The position numbers and the translations under genes were made by a program. A DNA stretch of 64,000 bases from the human T2T-CHM13v2.0 reference genome, Homo sapiens. The DNA lies in assembly GCF_009914755.1 (NCBI RefSeq), contig NC_060934.1; one strand, given 5' to 3'. The notes beneath the pieces are model-generated. The model did no database searches, was not told the origin of the DNA, and saw only the letters and a list, made by a program, of their open reading frames with translations. Positions 48,808-64,000 of this stretch are shown in pieces; positions within the stretch are counted from its first letter, which is position 1, and each line of letters opens with the position of its first letter.

Positions 48808-49439
48808 CAGGTGGATAGTGGAAGCTTTAATTGTTAACTTTTCCCAAAAATATTCCTATAATGTAGGAAATAATCTTAATATATTTCAACTAAATCTGGT
48901 TTCAGAATCCAGTAACAATCTTTTACTTTAACTGATTTGAATGATCTCATTAAAAATTAATAAGCTTTGCTGGATGTTAATCACTTTTTCCACCCTATAA
49001 GAACTGTGTACTTACTTTTTTTTACCCAGTTTGAGACGAGGCAGAGAGGAGCAGATTTAAAATTGGTTCCAGTAAATTAAAACCAAGAAACACTTGGTTT
49101 CTGTAGTTCCAAAGTTAAAATTCTATCCAAATTCAGATGATTATATTGAATGTATAAGGCAGTAATTAGAGAACATCACTAATGTGATTTAGCTTGAGAA
49201 TGCTTGAGTCCTGAACTCAGTTACTCTCCCGCTGACTAGGGGCAGGTGCATATCAGCCACATGATTCCAAATTCCACTTCAGGAGCATCCCAGTACCATC
49301 TCCATAGAGCTCCCCTAAATTATAAAATTAGGGTTAACTAGAGTCATAAATTTAACCAAAGGTCTCACTCTCACCCCAAGCACATGGCTCCAGATTCCCC
49401 AAAGATGTGTTAATGTCAGAAAAAGTGATTGCTTCTATT

Positions 49440-51241
<1,802 letters not shown>

Positions 51242-51697
51242 TAGAGATATATTTTTCAAGACAGGTTTTCCTCAAGTGTGAAGATGGAAAAATCCAGTAG
51301 AGACAGGAAGCTGGTGATGCAGGCATGTATCAGAATGCAGTTCAGAATGGCTTTGCCAAAATAATGCTATAGGAAGTTTTCCATATTGAAAGGAACACTA
51401 ATAGTAGCTCTGAAAATTATATTCCATCTACATTCCGTTTCCTACAGAATTCTCCTGGGGCTGCATGCTCAGGTGGAAAATCAGGATTCACTAAGGCCGT
51501 GTGGGATTTTAGGAGAGACACTGACATTTCCTTTAGTGCTCCATGGTGAGAAACTGGATCTGGAACATACCTGGTTCATTTGGATTTCATGGTATAAATC
51601 TAACGTCTGAATCTTAAAAAGTGGCTTCCTCAATTGTACTGATGGACATGTTCTTCCTTGCCATATGGAAATTGAAACACGTTTGTCATTTTGACAG

Positions 51698-51919
51698 GAG
51701 TACAAAATTTCAAGCTTTGAGCAGAGGCTGATGAATGAAATAGAGTTTCGCTTGGAACGTACTCCTGTTGATGAATCAGATGATGAAATTCAACATGATG
51801 AGATCCCCACGGGCAAGTGTATTGCTCCCATCTTTGACAAGAGACTCAAGCACTTCCGGGTCACAGAAGGCTCTCCAGTCACATTCACCTGCAAAATTGT
51901 TGGGATACCTGTTCCAAAG
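51698..51919 (+). CDS. MYPN: MYPN exon 13 (start of Ig3)
   Basis: tttgacag|GAG TAC...CCA AAG|gtaggg; EYKISSFEQRLMNEIEFRLERTP...APIFDKRLKHFRVTEGSPVTFTCKIVGIPVPK. Confidence 0.97.
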
Positions 51920-52007
51920 GTAGGGAAGATGACAAGCCAGTTGGCCACCTCACAGCATGAAGCTATAGACAGTGCCTTCAAGAAGGTCTTTAAAAAATAT
52001 ACGCAAT

Positions 52008-55975
<3,968 letters not shown>

Positions 55976-56593
55976 AAGAAAGTCTTATCAGATTCTAGTG
56001 AAGTGTCTACAGAGGGAATGAAAACCCATACCAGAAAATTAGCAAAGCCCAGATAATTTCACTTAAAAAAAAACCCCATCAGGAATGAGATCATTAAATA
56101 GTCACGCTAAAAAGAAATCAGACTTATGGGTAAGTTCAAATTTTAATAAAAGTTTAAAATAAATGTCTTAGTCATGATACTATATTTTGGGCTATTGATT
56201 TTCATAGCCATCAAACTCACCAAATTGATATTTTTCTGTCTGCTTAATATCTATTTAATATCCACAGGGTACCTGTTCTTGTACAAAGTGAACTGTATTA
56301 GGTTGGTAAATGCTGAAAATGTCATATCGTTATCACTGGATGCTGAAAAATCACATCAGTCAGCAGATTTTTTGGCAGTCAGCTGAGAGAAGGATTTACA
56401 CCCAGCATGTTTGTGGCAGAGGATCTCTCTGCTCTACTTTCATAAACATTAGCATAGTGTTATCATGTATGGTTAGGTAACCAGGAAAAGTAGAGGAGGA
56501 CAGCTGTAACCAGCACTTTATCTCCTCTGTCTTTGAGAGATCTCCTTCACACATGCAAAACTTAACAGGAAATATATAGATAGATGTGTATGT

Positions 56594-56594
<1 letters not shown>

Positions 56595-56640
<46 letters not shown>
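56595..56640. repeat. (CA)23 microsatellite
   Basis: Perfect dinucleotide run. Confidence 0.97.
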
Positions 56641-56646
<6 letters not shown>

Positions 56647-57163
56647 TTTACATTTTGGCTAGATGAGAAATTTAGCAAGTTAATCCTAGCCTCATTCCAT
56701 TTAGTGTAACAAACCATACTAACCTTTCAAGCAAGGTGACTTGTTCTAAGTGCTGAGATCTGCAACTGCAGGAAACTTGAGCTTGTAAATAAGGTAATGA
56801 GAATATCCACTCTCCTGGTTTTCATTATTTTGCTTCTGAAGGCATGTCCAGTCCTTAGGGTGGCTTTTAAAACTATGTGTGAAGTACAAGAAAAATAGTC
56901 AAAAGCTTCATCTTAGTCCTAAATTATATTGGATTCTTGACTTAAATAATATAATATTTAATATTAAATAGTATTATACAGGTACGAGTGGAGGGGCATA
57001 TTATACAGCCATTTTTAATATGTTTTATAACTTTTTTTCAAGTGCTTCATAAAGTATGGTCACTTAAAAGATGGCAGTTGGCCCTTTCCTCACCCCAGAC
57101 CCTAGTTCATTAACCTCTAAAGATAAACAAAACAGTGTACATCTTGATAATTTTTCATTTCAG

Positions 57164-57313
57164 GTTTACTGGTTCAAAGATGGGAAGCAGATTTCTAAGA
57201 GAAATGAGCACTGCAAAATGAGGCGAGAAGGAGATGGGACATGCTCTCTGCACATTGAATCCACTACCAGTGATGACGATGGCAACTACACCATCATGGC
57301 AGCCAACCCCCAG
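57164..57313 (+). CDS. MYPN: MYPN exon 14 (Ig3)
   Basis: catttcag|GTT TAC TGG...CCC CAG|gtggag; VYWFKDGKQISKRNEHCKMRREGDGTCSLHIESTTSDDDGNYTIMAANPQ. Confidence 0.96.
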
Positions 57314-58250
57314 GTGGAGACGCAGGGTTCTGCGCTGTGCTGCACTCTGAGGAAGGAGCGGTTGATGTCATTGTGAATGAGACCTTGAGAAGTGCGAGTT
57401 ACTAAGGATTGCTGAGGAAAATGAATGAGAAGCATTGTGATTTTGTGTAACTAGGGCACAGCATCACAACTTAAAGGACTAGTTAGCCACTGACAGGTCA
57501 CTCAATCCTTCAGCCTTTGTCAAGGGACCTTAGTACTATTTTTTCACTATGTATACCTTGCAGACTTCTTGAACTAGATCTTGTGTTTCTCAACACATTG
57601 ATTCTCTTGAAGAGTCAATAAATCATTATATCAATCATTCTATCAAGAACGATCTGTCATTTTTGTTCTTTAGTGAATAGGCAAATTACTTTGCGAAGGT
57701 TTGTGAATATCCCTCAAACTCATAGTGTCCACATTTTGGGATTGTTTTGTTTTTTAAACTTGGAAAGCCATAATCATCCACTTTCCTTTTCTGAATGAAG
57801 CCAAATCTTAAAATTCCCCTAAAAGATGTGGCAGAATAAACATCTTCAATTACTATTTGAATAGGAAGTACAGAACTATAACATCCATTCCTACTGAAAT
57901 GTTAGTTTTGAAGAATCTCTGTTGAGGAATGTATGAAAATATTTGGCCATGCTTTCTAAATTTTGACTGAAAATAAAGTTAAGTACATAAGAATTCAAAT
58001 TTCTTTTTACCTTTGACTTGTTCATATCTCAGTTTAAAAATGAAAGTCGTTACCATACTCTTAAAAATCTCTCCCCCTGGAATATTAACAATGATTTAAG
58101 AAATCATATTTTATTGTTTTTATTTCTCTCCCCCAAAGAAAAACTCATAATAGCCAAAATTTCACGGTGTTCTGGTCCAGAAATTTTTATGTAAATTGAA
58201 AAAATGTGAGATTGTTCTTGTTTTAATCTTGCTCTTTTTCTGTTTGTCAG

Positions 58251-58333
58251 GGGAGAATCAGCTGTTCTGGCCACTTGATGGTACAAAGTTTGCCCATTCG
58301 CAGTCGGCTAACCTCTGCTGGTCAGTCTCACAG
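58251..58333 (+). CDS. MYPN: MYPN exon 15
   Basis: tttgtcag|GGG AGA ATC...CAC AG|gtaaag; GRISCSGHLMVQSLPIRSRLTSAGQSHR. Confidence 0.95.
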
Positions 58334-58430
58334 GTAAAGACAGTAAGAATTCCCCCTCTCTAGGCCCTTCCCAAGCACCTGCCCACTATCGTGAGCACCA
58401 AAGTACTGGATCCACAAATTCTTAATTAAA

Positions 58431-58580
58431 GGTAGTCCTTCACTTGCAGCACTAGCATCACCTGGGCGTTGGTTGGAAATGCAGAATCCCAGGCCCCACT
58501 CTGGATCTACTGACTCAGAATCTGCATTTTAACAGAATTCCCAGGTGATCCACAAGCATAGTAAAGTTTAACAAGCACTA
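58431..58580. mobile_element. MER5A-like MITE
   Basis: agcatcacctgggcgttggttggaaatgcagaatcccaggcccc...tcagaatctgcattttaacag...aaagtttaacaagcact. Confidence 0.8.
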
Positions 58581-58591
58581 GTCTCTGGGGC

Positions 58592-58933
<342 letters not shown>

Positions 58934-59275
58934 TAACCATCAGTAGCACCTGCACACATAATATGTAAATCAGACCCATTGAAGTAAGTTACCATCTTTT
59001 GTTTCATAAAACAGAAACCTTTAATGATTGAATGTATATTGATGGAATGTTTTTGTTGTTGTCTCCAATACAACAACTGGTTTTCTTCCTCTCTGATTTT
59101 ACTAACCACTAAGAAGAAAGAGCCTGGCTTTCCACCTGAATCTTACGGTGCCACGAAGTCTTAGCAAAGCATTCCATAGCTGCTGACACAGACGAATTAA
59201 ATGTGACTTACCAAAGGAACAAAAATAGTGACCCATGTTTCAGATACAGTATTTCACCACCGTTGCAACTATACC

Positions 59276-59585
<310 letters not shown>

Positions 59586-60152
59586 CCCTCTCCCTTTGCC
59601 TCCTCCTCCTCCTTCTCCTCCTCCTCCTTTTTTAAGAACAGCTGTTACCGTTGGTCAGTCTTATCCAGTTTAAGTTCATAGTCATCTTTAATGGTCTGCC
59701 ATAATTTATAGCCAGGTTAAATTTTATTACTCAAAGACACAGGGATTGCAGCTGCCTTACTCTGGGTAATAAACAGGACTTCTCTTTTGGCTCTCGTTTG
59801 AGGTTCAGATTGAATACTGATCTATTTGTTTATTTTGATGGCTTTTGAATAACTGGTCGAACTCATAGCAAGGGGAGCTGAGCCCACTTAATCCAGAATG
59901 ACAGAAAGAAGCTAAGCCTGTTTATTTGATTGCAGATCTCGCAAGACAATCCCACAGTATATGAGATACTTACCACTTTGTGTTTTACATCAGCTCCACA
60001 CCATTATTTATTGTTTATAGTCCAGCCTCCCCTTTCCCCCTTCAAAAAAAAAAAATCTGTTCTCTAGGTCTGTAGCCATGCCTAAATGCCTATTATCATA
60101 AGTTTGTAAATTTATTTCTATGTTTAATATCTGAACATGCTTGTTGTTATAG

Positions 60153-60279
60153 GGGAAGATCCCGAGTGCAAGAAAGAGACAAAGAGCCCCTACAGGAACG
60201 CTTTTTCCGACCACATTTCCTGCAGGCTCCTGGGGATATGGTAGCTCATGAGGGGCGCCTCTGTCGGCTGGACTGTAAG
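60153..60279 (+). CDS. MYPN: MYPN exon 16 (start of Ig4)
   Basis: tgttatag|G GGA AGA...TGT AAG|gtagac; GRSRVQERDKEPLQERFFRPHFLQAPGDMVAHEGRLCRLDCK. Confidence 0.96.
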
Positions 60280-60559
60280 GTAGACTCCAGCACCCATGCT
60301 TAGTTCCAGATCTGTTCATATTTTGTATTTGTTTGCATTCATTTTTATTTGTATTTGTTTTGTGGGTTTTTTTTTTCAGGAAAGATGAGATGGGGAAGGG
60401 AGACAGATCACTTTTTTTCATCATAAGGCTTGTTTGGAGTATTTAATGTCAGATGAAATTATTTTATGAAATTTTTGAATCTCTATATATTAATAAAAAT
60501 TACATTGGTATTATATCAAGTTAATTGCATTTTTAGAAGACAACCAAAGAGGTGATACA

Positions 60560-60905
60560 CAGTAGTTCCCCCTTATCTGAGGGGCCCGCGTTCCAAGCCC
60601 CACAGTGAATGCCTGAAACTTTAGGTAGTACTGAGCCCTATATATACTATTTTTTAAAGTTGATAACCAAGACAGCTACTAAGTATCTAATGGGCAGGTA
60701 GCATAGACAGTGTGAACGCGGTGGGCAAATGGGTGATTCATACCCATGGGTAGGATGGAGTAAGACGGCATGAGATTTCATCATGTACTCGGAACGAAAC
60801 ACAATTGAAAACTTAGAAACTTTATTTCTGAAATTTTTCATTTAATATTGTCAGATTGTGGTTGACCTCGGGTAACTGAAACTTTAGACAAAAGGAGGAC
60901 TACTA
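60560..60905 (-). mobile_element. MER44A (Tigger7-derived MITE)
   Basis: TIRs cagtagttcccccttatc / aaggaggactacta; interior matches the recalled consensus. Confidence 0.82.
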
Positions 60906-61539
60906 TAATTCAGACATTTGCATCTAAGCCTTTTAAGAATTCTAGAATGCTATGGAAGATTTAGATACAAGCCTTTTCATATGGTGTCTGGAAAGCCTTT
61001 ATTACTATAAAGCCATATGGTGTGATTTTCACATCCTTGAAGTGAATTGTTGAATGTGTGGCCTTTGAAAATTTATAGACATGAAAATATGGCTCCAAGG
61101 TAGTGTATGAGAACAGAAGCTGGTTTCTCATACTAATCAACCTCCATTACCTTTAGCTATTCTGCATTCTCATTTTTTGACCGGGCTCTAGTTGAGCAGC
61201 TTGGATATCTCTCAGAATGAAGAGAAGCTTATGTCACCCTTTCTGCCCATAGATGCAGAATGCTATGGAAGACTTAGATGCAAATTAGTCAAAACTTGAG
61301 ATTAAGCATTCATAAAGGGTCCACTTCTATCTGTGGTTCTTCTTCTCTCTGTGGCTGCCTAAATAATATTCGGATTGATTGCTACATCCCCCTCCCTAAA
61401 CTCTGAAAGATTCCCATGCCTGGGTCCCATCCGCAGAGATTCTCACTTATGGTAAATGGGCACCAGGATTTTTAAACACCTCCCACATGATTGTAATACA
61501 CAGCAAGATTCAAGAGCTCTGGTTTAATATCTGGCCTTT

Positions 61540-61813
61540 CATCATCCTCAGCAAACTAACACAGGAACAGAAAACCAAACACCACATGTTCTCACTCACA
61601 AGTGGGAGTTGAACACTGAGAACACATGGACACAGAGAGGGGAGCATACCATGCCCTGTTGGGGGGATGGGAGGGGTGAGGGGAGGGAACTTAGAGGACA
61701 GGTCAATAGGTGCAGCAAACCACCGTGGTACACATATACCTATGTAACAAACCTGCGTGTTCTGCACATGTATCCTGTGTTTTTCTTGTTTTCGTTTTTT
61801 TTTTAGAAAAAAA
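61540..61813 (+). mobile_element. L1PA 3' end fragment (L1PA8-like)
   Basis: catcatcctcagcaaactaacacaggaacagaaaacc...ggtgcagcaaaccacc...tgtaacaaacctgc; TSD aa(t/a)atctggc(c/t)ttt. Confidence 0.9.
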
Positions 61814-62168
61814 ATCTGGCTTTTCTCTTGGCTATTAGGTATGTAAGCAGTATATCATCTCTGAAATTGATGCTGCAGGCCTATTATATCTATCTATTTC
61901 ACTTTTTAATTCTTATTTATTCTAATCTAGAGTATAATCAAATAGGTTAACCATTACCTTAACTGTGACCAAAGTACCATACAGTTCAAATTCATGCAGC
62001 TGTTTATTCAGACTCTTCGTTTCTCTCGATGCCCCTACAGAGAGGTTTCTCATCACTCCATGTTTTCTCTCACTGTCTGTTTGGTGCCAAGCAAGGATAA
62101 AGAATTCAGCCATCAAATAAATGTGCCTGTCATCAGTCATGTGCCTCAGCTGTTCTGTTGTTTATTAG

Positions 62169-62376
62169 GTGAGTGGTTTACCGCCCCCGGAGCTGACATG
62201 GCTACTCAATGGCCAACCTGTGCTACCAGATGCCTCCCACAAGATGCTGGTCAGGGAGACCGGAGTCCACTCTCTGCTCATTGACCCACTCACTCAGCGC
62301 GACGCAGGGACCTATAAGTGCATCGCTACCAACAAAACCGGGCAGAATTCTTTTAGTCTGGAGCTCTCTGTAGTAG
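62169..62376 (+). CDS. MYPN: MYPN exon 17 (Ig4)
   Basis: tttattag|GTG AGT GGT...GTA GTA G|gtaagg; VSGLPPPELTWLLNGQPVLPDASHKMLVRETGVHSLLIDPLTQRDAGTYKCIATNKTGQNSFSLELSVV. Confidence 0.97.
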
Positions 62377-63251
62377 GTAAGGTTTGCTGCTGGGACCCCT
62401 AAACACAACTTCCTCCAAAGTCATTACCCAAAGAGGCAGAGCCTCTGCCAGAATTCCTTCATCCTTTGCCCTACTAACTCCAATCTCAATTTCCCCTTCA
62501 CTGTGGTAGGGGTGGTATTTCCCACATCACTTTCAAAAACATGCCAGTAATCTAAAATCATAATATGACACCATGTGCATAATACCCATTAAATAAATGA
62601 GAGCCATTGTCATCATCAGTCAATCAATCAATCAATTAGCTGTCACTAAATTCCAGTTATTTGCCCTACAGTCCATCATTCCTGGAACATACTAGGCTCT
62701 TTGTCCTCTGTCTAAGCTTTCATGCCTTTGCACCAATGATCCCTCTACCTGAATGTCCTTTTCTACCTGAATGTCCTTTTCTGCCTGGCACCTCCTACTC
62801 ATTCTGTAAGACCTAACTGAAATGTCACCACCAGGTACAGTGGATCCACCAGGCACAAATACCCCTTCCCAGCCTAACAACCGTAAAGTGTTTCCATAGC
62901 ACTCAGAAAAGGAGAGATTCATAGAGCAGGTAGGGCCTTCTGTGTAAATGTTAATTATTTGCCTCCCTGAAGAGATGCTGAGCTCCTAAGGTCAGAGACT
63001 GTGGCTCGTCTTGCACATCTCCAGTGCCTCTGTCTCTCTTCTGCATATCTCAGTGCCTGGAACATGGAAGGTGCCCAAGAAATATTGAATCAATATCTAA
63101 ACAAGTGAAACTTTATATTCTTAGATGATGTGAATGAAACACTGTAATGCCTATACATAAGGACAACAAGACATTGTCATCTGGGAGGTGCCAGCCCTGA
63201 AGTAAATTTCAGAATGCAGGAATTCTGGTGCTGGGCTTCCTTCTGCTCTCA

Positions 63252-63599
<348 letters not shown>

Positions 63600-64000
63600 C
63601 TAATCCTCTCTCTAGGCTAGTGGCGGTTTCCCCTGTATATCTTTTTCCTTCCCTCACTTTTAATTTCTTCTCACCAATAAAACAGGAAAAACTCATTCTG
63701 CAAGAATACATTGATTTCAGGCTTTTACCTTTATTCCACTATTTTGCTAAAAAATATTGACTTTGGAACCCTAAGACATGAGGTACCTTTACCTAAATTT
63801 GTCCTGGCCAAATCTCTAAAAGCCTCCTTGGGAAGCACAGTCTTGTGTGTGTGTGTTTTAGATAGTGTTATTCTGTAGGTGTCAGATTTTTGTGGAAAAA
63901 CTATTATGTCTTCTACAAAATAAAACTCCACCCCCAAAAATCTGTTTTAGTAAATAAAATATATGGTTCTCAAAATCTACTGTTGAGATATAAAAGAAAT

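Noticed and set aside
51695-51700. NAGNAG acceptor CAG-GAG at exon 13
   Set aside because: A distal GAG is rarely used, and the effect would be loss of a single Glu

Overview
Human (or very close great-ape) genomic DNA covering the middle of the striated-muscle Z-disc gene myopalladin (MYPN) on the + strand. It holds 15 consecutive coding exons, numbered 3-17 from my recollection of NM_032578 (c.903-c.3493, about aa 301-1165: end of Ig1, Ig2, proline-rich region, Ig3, Ig4). All have GT-AG boundaries and splice into one uninterrupted frame; start and stop codons lie outside the window. The introns are repeat-dense: about 47 Alus, an antisense L1MA, an L1PA 3' fragment, MER4/LOR1-like/MST/MLT LTRs, Charlie1, MER5/20/44/63/81, MADE2 and simple repeats. 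A tailless, 3'-truncated 7SK pseudogene lies just upstream of exon 7. I see no new protein-coding or multi-gene system. The best leads are in RNA processing: (i) a 24-nt microexon that is an exact loop insert in Ig2 and doubles as an intronic-polyadenylation terminal exon; (ii) exon 17 starts with GTGAGT, so splicing rebuilds a consensus 5' splice site; (iii) the symmetric 591-nt exon 11 is tightly bracketed by inverted Alus and would give a stop-free circle. Candidate muscle cis-elements (CArG/YY1, E-box, MCAT, MEF2) and an Arg803 coding allele are also noted. Repeat family names and variant identities come from memory, not database searches; repeat boundaries are approximate.
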